Shown: positions 17,965-26,404 of the stretch, piece by piece | Position numbering within the stretch: the stretch's first letter is position 1 | Layout of the letters: the number at the start of each line of letters is the position of its first letter | Assembly: GCF_042231085.1 (NCBI RefSeq) | Contig: NZ_CP102579.1 | Origin: Corallococcus interemptor | GTDB lineage: Bacteria > Myxococcota > Myxococcia > Myxococcales > Myxococcaceae | DNA length: 64,000 nucleotides | Reading direction: 5' to 3' (one strand) | Program-made: the position numbers and the translations under genes | The notes under the pieces: generated by a model | Told to the model about the DNA's origin: nothing | What the model saw: only the letters and a program-made list of their open reading frames with translations | Database searches by the model: none

Positions 17965-18996
17965 ATGAGGCCACTGCATGCTATGCATGCCTCCATGCGC
18001 CGCGCTCATGAAACCCCAGCGCCCTCCCCCGCCGAGGTGGACCTCTCCGGCATCAACCTCAACCTGATGGTGGCGCTGGACGCGCTGCTGCACGAGGTGC
18101 ACGTCACGCGCGCCGCCGCGCGCGTGGGCCTCACCCAGTCCGCGATGAGCCACGCGCTCGCCCAGTTGCGGGAGCTGTTGGGCGACGCGCTCCTCATCCG
18201 CGGCCAGGGCGGCATGGTGCTGACGCCGCGCGCGCAGGCCCTGGCCGCGCCGCTCAAGCGGGGGCTGGCGGAGCTGCGGCGGGCCCTGTGCGACGAGCCC
18301 GCGTTCGCGCCCGCCACCACGAAGCGCCGCTTCACCGTGGCCACGCGCGACTTCTTCGGGTCGGTGCTGCTGCCGGGCGCGCTGGAGCTCCTGGGCCGCG
18401 AGGCCCCCGGCGTGGACCTGTCCGTGCTGCACGTGGACAGCCACACCTTCCCCAGCCACCTGGAGACGGGCGAGGTGGACCTGGCCATCATCGTCGCGCC
18501 GGCGCCGTCCGGGCCGGGCCTGCGCCAGCAGCGGCTGCTCACCGAGGACTTCGTCTGCGTGGTGCGCAAGGACCACCCCACCGTGCGCCGCACGCTGGAC
18601 GTGGACACCTACCTGGAGCTGTCCCACATCCTCATCAGCCCGAAGGGCGACGGCGTGGGCGCGGTGGACCTGGCCCTGGCCCAGCTCGGCCTGCCCCCGC
18701 GCCGCATCGCCGTGCGCGTGCCCTACTTCCTCATCGCGCCGCTGGCGGTGTCGCGCTCGGACCACGTCCTCACCGCGCCCCGCCGCCTCATCGCCGCGTT
18801 CAAGGACGCGTACGCGCTCCAGGTGTTCCCCCCGCCCATCCCCCTGCGCTCCTTCGACATCCTCCAGGTCTGGCACGAGCGCTTCGACGGCGACCCCGCG
18901 CACCAGTGGCTGCGCGGACTCGTGGCGCGGTCCGTCAGCACGGGGTCTGAAAACACCCGGAGTTCACGAAGGGTGCGGCGCGCGCCAGCTTCCTGA
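17965..18996 (+). CDS. LysR-family transcriptional regulator (start uncertain: 17965, 17983 or 17995)
   Basis: HTH INLNLMVALDALLHEVHVTRAAARVGLTQSAMSHALAQLR. Divergent from the NmrA gene. Confidence 0.8.
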   Translation: MRPLHAMHASMRRAHETPAPSPAEVDLSGINLNLMVALDALLHEVHVTRAAARVGLTQSAMSHALAQLRELLGDALLIRGQGGMVLTPRAQALAAPLKRGLAELRRALCDEPAFAPATTKRRFTVATRDFFGSVLLPGALELLGREAPGVDLSVLHVDSHTFPSHLETGEVDLAIIVAPAPSGPGLRQQRLLTEDFVCVVRKDHPTVRRTLDVDTYLELSHILISPKGDGVGAVDLALAQLGLPPRRIAVRVPYFLIAPLAVSRSDHVLTAPRRLIAAFKDAYALQVFPPPIPLRSFDILQVWHERFDGDPAHQWLRGLVARSVSTGSENTRSSRRVRRAPAS

Positions 18997-19075
18997 CACT
19001 CGGGGGGCACGGCACTGAACGTCAGTACACAGGTGGGGGAGCATCGCATGGGGGGCTTCGTGTAGGGTGCTCCGC

Positions 19076-19693
19076 ATGAATCCTGAGAAGCTTGTCTTCG
19101 CCCAGACCGTCGAGGCGCTCTTCGTCCGCGCGTTGGAGAATCGCCTGACGCCCGCGTGCCGAGAGCACCTCAAGCGGGCTGGGCTGGACCTCGACAAGAA
19201 GCTGGAGCGCACCTATTCGCTGGAGCAGTGGCGGGAGTTCCTGCGCATCGCGGCGGGCCACGTCTATGGCGGCGTGCCGGCGGAGGCCGCGTACTACTCC
19301 CTGGGCGAGCGCTTCATGGACGCCTACTTCGGGACGTTCTTTGGCCGCGCGCTGCTGGGCGTGGGCCGGCTGGCCGGTCCCCGGAGGATGCTGCTGCGGG
19401 CGGACCTGGGCTTTCGCGCCGGCAACAACTTCAGTGAAGTCAAAATCGTGGAGCGCAGCGCGACATCGCTGGAGCTCTGGATGAACGACGTGCTGGCGGA
19501 CCAGCCGACGTTCGCGGCGGGCCTGCTGGCGCGCGCGGTGGCGCTGTGCGGGGGTTGGCGGGTGGTGGCGCTGCCGGAGGAGTTCGACGGCACGGCGGCC
19601 ACGTTCCATCTGCGCTGGAGCGAGGCCCCCGTGGAAGGGGCGCTCAGCGCCACTGAGGATGGGTCCGGAGGCGACGCTCGACCTCAGGCGTGA
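19076..19693 (+). CDS. DUF2378 / TIGR02265 'Myxococcus paralogous family' protein
   Basis: MNPEKLVFAQTVEALF...; family assignment is from memory. Confidence 0.6.
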   Translation: MNPEKLVFAQTVEALFVRALENRLTPACREHLKRAGLDLDKKLERTYSLEQWREFLRIAAGHVYGGVPAEAAYYSLGERFMDAYFGTFFGRALLGVGRLAGPRRMLLRADLGFRAGNNFSEVKIVERSATSLELWMNDVLADQPTFAAGLLARAVALCGGWRVVALPEEFDGTAATFHLRWSEAPVEGALSATEDGSGGDARPQA

Positions 19694-20495
19694 GGGTGCC
19701 GCCGTGCGGGGCCCGGGACGACGAGCGCTCCCAGCGCTCCAGCCACCGGGTCCCCAGCGGGGCGGTCAGTGTCTCGTAGCGGGTCGAGGCCACGGTGGTC
19801 TCCCCCTTGGTGCCGGTGGAAGCGCCGGCGCCCACGTAGAACCCCGCGAGCAGCAGCGTGACGCGGGTGGGCGTGGCCGCGCTGTAGGTCATCAGCAGGG
19901 CGCCCTCCCCGTCTTCCCGGCAATGCCGGCGCACCCGGGCGAGGACGGCCTCGGTCCACATGTCCGGGTTGGACGCGGGTGAGAACGGGTCGAAGAAGAC
20001 GAGGTCCGCGGGGGGGAGCTCCGCGTCCGGCTCCAGGAAGGGCACGGCGTCCCCCAGCTTGAGGGTCCACCGGAGGCCGGGCTCGGACCAGGCGCCGTGC
20101 TTCATGAGGCGCTCGGCGGCCTCGCGGAACGGCTGGAGGAAGGGGAAGCCCTCCGCGTCCGCGAGCGCGAGCCGCAGGGGGGCCAGGTCCACCTCGAAGC
20201 TGACGATGTGCAGGTCGCGAGCGCGCTCCGGGCCCAGCTCCCGGGCGCGGGTGAGCGCGGCGACGGCGTTGGTGGCGGCGCCCAGGCCCACGTCGTGGAT
20301 GACGAGCGGCGGGCCGGGCTTTCGCAGGCGGTCCGCGAGGCCGGGCTGGTCGACGTAGAGGCGCAGGGCCTCCTGCCACGGGCCCACCGCGGGGTGCATG
20401 ACCTCGCCATGGCCCAGGTGGCGCACGGCGCGGTGGCCGTTGCGCAGGGTGACGAGCTCGAAGTCGCCGTCGCGCGGATGGGAGGGCTCGGACAT
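19644..20495 (-). CDS. mnmD: tRNA U34 5-methylaminomethyl methyltransferase domain protein (MnmD / MnmC C-terminal-type, DUF752)
   Basis: FFDPFSPASNPDMWTEAVLARV...LMTYSAATPTRVTLLLAGFYV closely matches E. coli MnmC FLDGFAPAKNPDMWTQ...LATFTSAGFVRRGLQEAGF. Start at cat 20493-20495. Confidence 0.85.
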   Translation of the reverse strand: MSEPSHPRDGDFELVTLRNGHRAVRHLGHGEVMHPAVGPWQEALRLYVDQPGLADRLRKPGPPLVIHDVGLGAATNAVAALTRARELGPERARDLHIVSFEVDLAPLRLALADAEGFPFLQPFREAAERLMKHGAWSEPGLRWTLKLGDAVPFLEPDAELPPADLVFFDPFSPASNPDMWTEAVLARVRRHCREDGEGALLMTYSAATPTRVTLLLAGFYVGAGASTGTKGETTVASTRYETLTAPLGTRWLERWERSSSRAPHGGTLTPEVERRLRTHPQWR

Positions 20496-20543
20496 GGGGC
20501 TCCTGGCCTGGAGGGGACGTGTGGGAAAGGATGGGTGCCTAGC

Positions 20544-21527
20544 ATGACGACTCCAGGGCAGGAACATCGGGGCGCGCTTCACGGGGAGGACGTCCGGCAC
20601 GGGGAGGCTGCGTTCGGGGGCGGCCGGGTGCGGCTGTCGCTGCGGGTGGAGGCAGAGACGCGCACGGTGCGGGCGGCGGCGTGGGAGGCCCCCGTGCATG
20701 CGGGGCATCCGCTGGCGGAGTGCCTGGAGTCGCTGTGTCGGAGCGCGGTGGGCATGGGGGTGGACGTGTTCCTGCGCTTCGACGACTTCCACCTGCGCGC
20801 GGGGTGTCCGGAGGGGTTGGAGGCGACGGAGGAGGCGGGGCTGGCGGTGCGGGTGTTCCGGCTGGCCTTCAGCCAGTTTCATCCCCGGGCCACGGGGCCC
20901 GCGTACCTGTCGAGCGGGCTGGTGCTGGCGAAGCTGCCGCGGGGCGCGCGTCCGGAGTGGGACGAGCCGGGGTTCTACTTCGCGCACTACTACCGCGAGG
21001 AGCTGTGGCCCGCGGCGGTGGAGGAGGCGCGCCGGGGCGGCGTGCTGGGGCCGCGGGCGGCGTGTGCGTACATCGACGCGCTGCTGGCGAAGGCGGACGA
21101 CACGGTGGAGCTGGACTGGCCCGTGGAGGAGGGCGCGGCGACCTGGGACTGGCTGACGCGCGTGTGCCTGCCGGCGGTGACGGGAGGGGTGGAGCGGACA
21201 AGGCGACTGCTGGAGGGCGGGTACGGAGGGGCGAGCGGCACGGGGAGCTTCCCCTTCGGGCACCTGGACGGAGGCGCGTGGCATCCGCCGGTGGGGCTGC
21301 CGGAGCCCGAGGGCGTGGGGCACGCGGAGTTCATCCTTGGTGACCTGGAGCACCTGCTGCCGGAGCTGCCGGGGGACGGCGTGCTGCTGGCGGCGCCCCG
21401 GTGGATGGCGGTGGGACAGACGCGGGACTCCCCTGCCCTGCGCCGGGCGGACATCTCCAGCGAGGAGGCCGGGGGCTTCGGCCTCTTCAACGCGGCGGCG
21501 CACGACGCGGGAGAAGATGATGACTGA
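20544..21527 (+). CDS. hypothetical protein (327 aa)
   Basis: In-frame ATG at 20544, divergent from mnmD. Upstream track extension is low-complexity. Confidence 0.5.
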   Translation: MTTPGQEHRGALHGEDVRHGEAAFGGGRVRLSLRVEAETRTVRAAAWEAPVHAGHPLAECLESLCRSAVGMGVDVFLRFDDFHLRAGCPEGLEATEEAGLAVRVFRLAFSQFHPRATGPAYLSSGLVLAKLPRGARPEWDEPGFYFAHYYREELWPAAVEEARRGGVLGPRAACAYIDALLAKADDTVELDWPVEEGAATWDWLTRVCLPAVTGGVERTRRLLEGGYGGASGTGSFPFGHLDGGAWHPPVGLPEPEGVGHAEFILGDLEHLLPELPGDGVLLAAPRWMAVGQTRDSPALRRADISSEEAGGFGLFNAAAHDAGEDDD

Positions 21528-21936
21528 GGGGCGCCTGCTGTGTGGGCTGGTGGCCCTGCTGTGTCTGTCGTGCGCTTCGGGGCCAAGGCAGTACGCCGAG
21601 CTTGGGACAATGAAGCATGACGTTGCCTTCGCATGCGTGCGGCGCGAAATCCTCCGGCTCTTCCCCAACAACGTTTCGATCGAGCCGAGCTATGTGATTC
21701 GCACGGGCAAGTCGGGGAACCAGGACATCCTGAAGCCTGACATCGTCCTTCACGCCTCAGGCCGACCGGATCAGGCCCAGTGCATCTACGACTTCAAGTT
21801 TCCGTGCCTCAAGGCACGAAAGAGCAATCCGCGCTCGGTTCCAGAAACACAGGCGCAGATGACCCGGTACGCAAACCTTGATGGGCAGTGCAACCCCGCC
21901 ATCATCACACCTCAGTTCGGGATCATTCGTGACTAG
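21518..21936 (+). CDS. small lipoprotein (lipobox LSCAS), lower-GC
   Basis: MMTEGRLLCGLVALLCLSCASG. Overlaps the upstream stop. Confidence 0.55.
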
Positions 21937-22933
21937 CTACACTCCCTCCGAGCACTTCGCCACGACACTTCCCAGGGTCCAGCTTGTCCTGCGCATCGTG
22001 TTCTATCTGCCGCATGACCACGGCTCACTTGCTCCATATGCGAGACAGTCACTGGACCTGTTTCTCAACGCCATTGGACATGCGCCTGAAAAATTGACCA
22101 CGGGCTATGACCCCGACATCAGTGAGGCGGCGTTCCCGCTCACACCTGAGTTCTGGGAGGAGCTGCGGCGCCATGTCGAGAGGTCTCGCTTCGAGCCCTT
22201 GGATGACATGGACCAGGACTCCATCTGGTTCCGCACGCTGACCAAGCGGGGCTTTGACACGTGGGTCCATCTCGTCGGTGGAGAGTCGGACCCCAGCGGC
22301 TATGAATTCAGCTTCCGCTCTCGTCTTCCCTGGCGAGAACCTTCTTCTGAGTACAGCGTTCTGAGTGTGAAGGTCCCCATGCGATATCTGGAGGACCAGG
22401 GGCCCGAGAAGGCCCGTGAGCTGGCGCTTTCGCTGGCGGAGCTCCTTCCCTTCAGCACGGGCCATGCGGGACTGTCGCTTTCGTTCACCCGTGGGAGATC
22501 GAGGCTCCTTCCCCTCCTGAAGGATCAACTGGTCCAGCATCCCGGCTGGGATGTCCCACGAGAGAGCACGTGGGGCATGGGAGAAGGAGTGGATGGCATC
22601 CACTGGATGAACTTCCTGGGCCCTCCCCTCCTCGAAACCATTGGCGGCGCCCAGGCGCTCCGCTCGCACCTGAGCCACACGGATACCTCCGTCCAGGAAC
22701 TCACTGGAGGTCGTGCCATGATCGGCCTGGGCCCCGCGCCGCTCGCGGGGAACACGAAGTGGGGTGAGACGCTGCCGGCCTATCGGGAGCTGGCGCGGTT
22801 CCTGGAACCGTGGCTCCTGCCTTCCACTCCCTTCAACAATTTCGAGGGGTACACCCAGGACGAGGCCCGTCTCTGGTGGCGCCGCTTCCTGGAGGCCCCT
22901 CCCGAGAAGGTCTACGACCCACGTGATGGGTAA
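21929..22933 (+). CDS. hypothetical protein, possibly immunity-protein-like (DUF3396-like by recollection); start uncertain (21878 ATG or 21929 GTG)
   Basis: Long ORF in visibly lower-GC DNA. No recognisable catalytic motifs. Confidence 0.5.
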   Translation: MTSYTPSEHFATTLPRVQLVLRIVFYLPHDHGSLAPYARQSLDLFLNAIGHAPEKLTTGYDPDISEAAFPLTPEFWEELRRHVERSRFEPLDDMDQDSIWFRTLTKRGFDTWVHLVGGESDPSGYEFSFRSRLPWREPSSEYSVLSVKVPMRYLEDQGPEKARELALSLAELLPFSTGHAGLSLSFTRGRSRLLPLLKDQLVQHPGWDVPRESTWGMGEGVDGIHWMNFLGPPLLETIGGAQALRSHLSHTDTSVQELTGGRAMIGLGPAPLAGNTKWGETLPAYRELARFLEPWLLPSTPFNNFEGYTQDEARLWWRRFLEAPPEKVYDPRDG

Positions 22934-23062
22934 CCACACCGGATTCTTTAACGCATTGCCCCAGCACCCGGCGCACTGATAATCCGCAACCCGGAGTGTT
23001 CACGTCGAGCGGCGGGCCGACGGTCGTGGTCGCGCCAGCCCTCGCGGATCGGGGTTTCATCG

Positions 23063-26000
23063 ATGCGGTCACAACGCGCTGTCTGGAGCAGGCTCCTGTT
23101 GTTCGCCGCGAGCCTGGGCCTTCTGTCCTGCGGCGGGAACGAGCGCCCGGCGGCATCCGAGGGCATCCGCGCCGCTCACGCCCGTCTCGCGGCGCCGCCG
23201 GCCTGGTACGCCACCGCTCCCATGGGGACGCCACGCGGGCAACACGCGGCCGTCCTGCTACCCAACGGGAAGCTGCTCGTCGTCAACGGCGTCAACTCGA
23301 CCGGCTTCGTGAGCGCGGCGGACACCTACGATCCCGCCACCAACACCTGGGCCTCCGCGGGGACCTCCAGCCTCACGGGCAACATCACCCTGGCCGTGCT
23401 CCTTCCCTCGGGCAAGGTGCTGGTGCTGACCGACGGCTCGCAGGGGGGACGCATCTATGATCCCGTGGCCAACACCTGGTCCGGCACGGGCAACATGGCC
23501 TCCACCCGCAGCCTCCCCACGGCCACGCTGCTGGCCACGGGCCAGGTCCTGATCGCGGGCGGCACCGGCGGTGGCGGCGTCCGGCTCGCGACCGCGGAGC
23601 TCTACGACCCCGCGACCAACACCTTCACCGCCACGGGCTCCATGTCCGTGGGCCGGAACGCGCACAGCGCCACGCGGCTGCGCGATGGGCGCGTGCTCGT
23701 GGTGAGCGGCTTCAGCGGCAGCGGAGAGGTGTCCGGCGCCGACCTCTACAATCCGGCCACCGGCACCTGGTCCGCCGCGGCGCCCCCGCTGGTGGCCCGG
23801 CACTACTTCACCAGCACCCTGCTCCCCGACGGCCGCGTGCTCGTCGCGGGTGGCTTCGCCGCGGGCGGCGCCACGAGCCAGTCGGAGCTCTACGATCCGG
23901 CGGCCAACACCTGGACCGCGACCGGCAGCCTCGCGTCCGCGCGCGCCGGCCACATGGCCACGCTGCTGCCTGACGGCCGGGTGCTCGTCACCGGCGGCTC
24001 TGTCTTCGGGTCGCCGGCGCTGACCTCGGCCGAGATCTACGACCCTGCCACCGGCACGTGGACCTCCGGCGGCACCATGGGCGTCGGCCGCGAGAACCAC
24101 ACCGCGACGCTGCTGCCCTCGGGCAAGGTGTTCATCGCGGGCGGATTCTCCACGACCCCCGGGACGACGTTCTTCGCGCAGACGGAGGTCTACGACCCCG
24201 CCCTGAGCCGCTGGTCTCCCGCTGGCACCATGGGCACGCCCCGGACCGACTCCGCGGCGGCGCTGCTGCCCTCCGGCCAGGTGCTCGTCGTGGGAGGCCG
24301 CGGCCTCTTCACGTCGTCTCCCGCGGCGGAGCTGTATGACCGCGCGAGCAACGCGTGGACCGCCCTGCCCGACCTCGACGTGCCGCGCGAGCGGGGCACC
24401 GCCACCCTCCTGCGCTCGGGCCAGGTCCTGGTCGCGGGTGGCCGCAACGTGAACACCTCGACGCCCAACGCGCAGCGCTTCGACCCCACCACCAACACGT
24501 GGCTGGCCACCGAGAACATGCTGAGCCCGCGCCACCTGCACACCGCCACGCTCCTGCCGGATGGCCGCGTGCTCGTGGTCGGCGGTCAGCAGAACACCAC
24601 GGTGCTGGGCAGCGCGGAGCTCTACGCGCCCGACACGAATACGTGGACCGCGGCGGGCTCGCTCGTCGCGGCGCGCGCCGGACACCGCGCCGTGCTGCTG
24701 CATGACGGCCGGGTGCTCGTCGCTGGCGGCCACAACGCCGGTGGCACGGCGCTGGCCTCGGCGGAGATCTACAACCCCGCCAACGACACCTGGACCCCGG
24801 CGGCGGGCCTCGCGGGCGCGCGGGACGAGCTGACGCTGACGCTGCTGCCGTCGGGCCAGGTGCTCGCGGCGGGCGGCATCTCGGGCGGCACGGAGCTCAC
24901 GTCCTCGGAGCTCTACACGCCCGGCACCAACACCTGGACGTCCGTGGGCGCGCTCTCGCAGCCGCGCTGGCTGCACACCGCCACGCTGATGGCCTCCGGC
25001 AAGGTGCTGGCCGCGGGCGGCATCACCACGAATGGCGACTACGCCAACACGGCGGAGGTCTATGACCCCCTCCTCCGCGCGTGGATCAACGTCGCGGACC
25101 CCACTGCGGCGGGAGGCCTGTTCAGCGTCGCCCTGTCCTCGGGCGAGGTCCTGCTGGCGGGCGGTCAGGAGGCCACCAACGCGCAGGTGTATGACGACAC
25201 CCGGGCCCAGACCGCCTGGAAGCCCACGGTGACGAACCCGGCGACCCTCGTCGCCGCCTGCCCCACCGTCGTGGAGGGCCAGCGGTTCCGGGGCATCTCC
25301 GGCGGGAGCGGCGGCAACAGCGCGGACTCGCCCACCGACTTCCCGCTGGTGCGCCTGCAGGCCGCCGAGGGCGGGCGTCTCTGGACGCTCCCCAGCAGCA
25401 ACACCTCGGACACCCGCGCGACGGTGACCGTGCCCGCCGACGTGCCGCTGGGCACCTACGCGCTCTCCGTCTTCGCCAACGCCATCCCCGGCGGCCGCAT
25501 GGTGACGGTCGTCGCCAACCAGCCCCCGACGGCGGCGGACCAGACGGTCACCATCCAGAAGGACACGCCGACGGCGCTCGCCCTGGCAGGCACGGATCCG
25601 GACGTCGGGCAGGTGTTGACCTGGACGATCGTCACCCCGCCGCAGCACGGCACGCTGGGCACCAGCGCGCAGGGGAACCTCGAGTACACGCCCGCCGCCG
25701 GCTACGTGGGCCCGGACAGCTTCACGTACCGCGTCCGCGACTGCGCCACGGACAGCAACGTCGCCACCGTCACCCTCAACGTGACGGAGGACGTCGTGGC
25801 CCCCACCCTCACCTGCCCCGCGAACCTCGTCGTGGAGGCGACGGATCCGGACGGCGCGATCGTGACCTACGACCCCGCGGTGCTGGAGCCGGCGGGCCTC
25901 CCGGTGAGCTACTCGCAGCCGTCGGGCGCGCTCTTCCCCATTGGCACCACGACGGTCACCGCGACCTCCACCGGCCTCACCTGTACGTTCACGGTGACGG

Positions 26001-26362
26001 TGCAGGACACCACCGCGCCCACCGTCACCTGCCCCGCGGACATCACGGTGGCGCCGGACACGCAGGTGACGTTCACGCCCACGGCCACGGACGCGGTGAC
26101 GGCGAATCCCACCGTGACGTCCTCGCCCGACTCAGGCAGCGCGTTCGCGCCGGGGGCCACGCAGGTCACCGTCACCGCCACGGATGAGGCGGGCAACACC
26201 GCGCAGTGCACGTTCCAGGTCCGGGTCCAGGCGCAGGTCGTGGAGATCGCTGGCGGTGGCTGCGACAGCACCGGCGGCGGCTCGTCCGCGCTGGCGCTCC
26301 TCGCCGCGCTGGCGGCCTGGGGCACGTCGCGTCGCCGTCAGAACCCGGCCCGGGGGAACTGA
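23063..26362 (+). CDS. Kelch-repeat / HYR-domain lipoprotein with MYXO-CTERM sorting signal
   Basis: Lipobox LLSCGG. More than 15 Kelch-like repeats (...ATLLPSGKVLVAGG...). HYR-like APTLTCPANLVVEATDPDGAIVTYD. C-terminus GGGCDSTGGGSSALALLAALAAWGTSRRR. Confidence 0.85.
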   Translation: MRSQRAVWSRLLLFAASLGLLSCGGNERPAASEGIRAAHARLAAPPAWYATAPMGTPRGQHAAVLLPNGKLLVVNGVNSTGFVSAADTYDPATNTWASAGTSSLTGNITLAVLLPSGKVLVLTDGSQGGRIYDPVANTWSGTGNMASTRSLPTATLLATGQVLIAGGTGGGGVRLATAELYDPATNTFTATGSMSVGRNAHSATRLRDGRVLVVSGFSGSGEVSGADLYNPATGTWSAAAPPLVARHYFTSTLLPDGRVLVAGGFAAGGATSQSELYDPAANTWTATGSLASARAGHMATLLPDGRVLVTGGSVFGSPALTSAEIYDPATGTWTSGGTMGVGRENHTATLLPSGKVFIAGGFSTTPGTTFFAQTEVYDPALSRWSPAGTMGTPRTDSAAALLPSGQVLVVGGRGLFTSSPAAELYDRASNAWTALPDLDVPRERGTATLLRSGQVLVAGGRNVNTSTPNAQRFDPTTNTWLATENMLSPRHLHTATLLPDGRVLVVGGQQNTTVLGSAELYAPDTNTWTAAGSLVAARAGHRAVLLHDGRVLVAGGHNAGGTALASAEIYNPANDTWTPAAGLAGARDELTLTLLPSGQVLAAGGISGGTELTSSELYTPGTNTWTSVGALSQPRWLHTATLMASGKVLAAGGITTNGDYANTAEVYDPLLRAWINVADPTAAGGLFSVALSSGEVLLAGGQEATNAQVYDDTRAQTAWKPTVTNPATLVAACPTVVEGQRFRGISGGSGGNSADSPTDFPLVRLQAAEGGRLWTLPSSNTSDTRATVTVPADVPLGTYALSVFANAIPGGRMVTVVANQPPTAADQTVTIQKDTPTALALAGTDPDVGQVLTWTIVTPPQHGTLGTSAQGNLEYTPAAGYVGPDSFTYRVRDCATDSNVATVTLNVTEDVVAPTLTCPANLVVEATDPDGAIVTYDPAVLEPAGLPVSYSQPSGALFPIGTTTVTATSTGLTCTFTVTVQDTTAPTVTCPADITVAPDTQVTFTPTATDAVTANPTVTSSPDSGSAFAPGATQVTVTATDEAGNTAQCTFQVRVQAQVVEIAGGGCDSTGGGSSALALLAALAAWGTSRRRQNPARGN

Positions 26363-26404
26363 GACATGCGCTCCCTCTTTTCTCGAATGGACCTCCCCTT
26401 GCGT

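Noticed and set aside
19644-19693. 50-bp convergent overlap of the DUF2378 and mnmD coding regions
   Set aside because: Tail-to-tail overlaps of this size are common in GC-rich genomes where stop codons are rare. It is not evidence of anything unusual.
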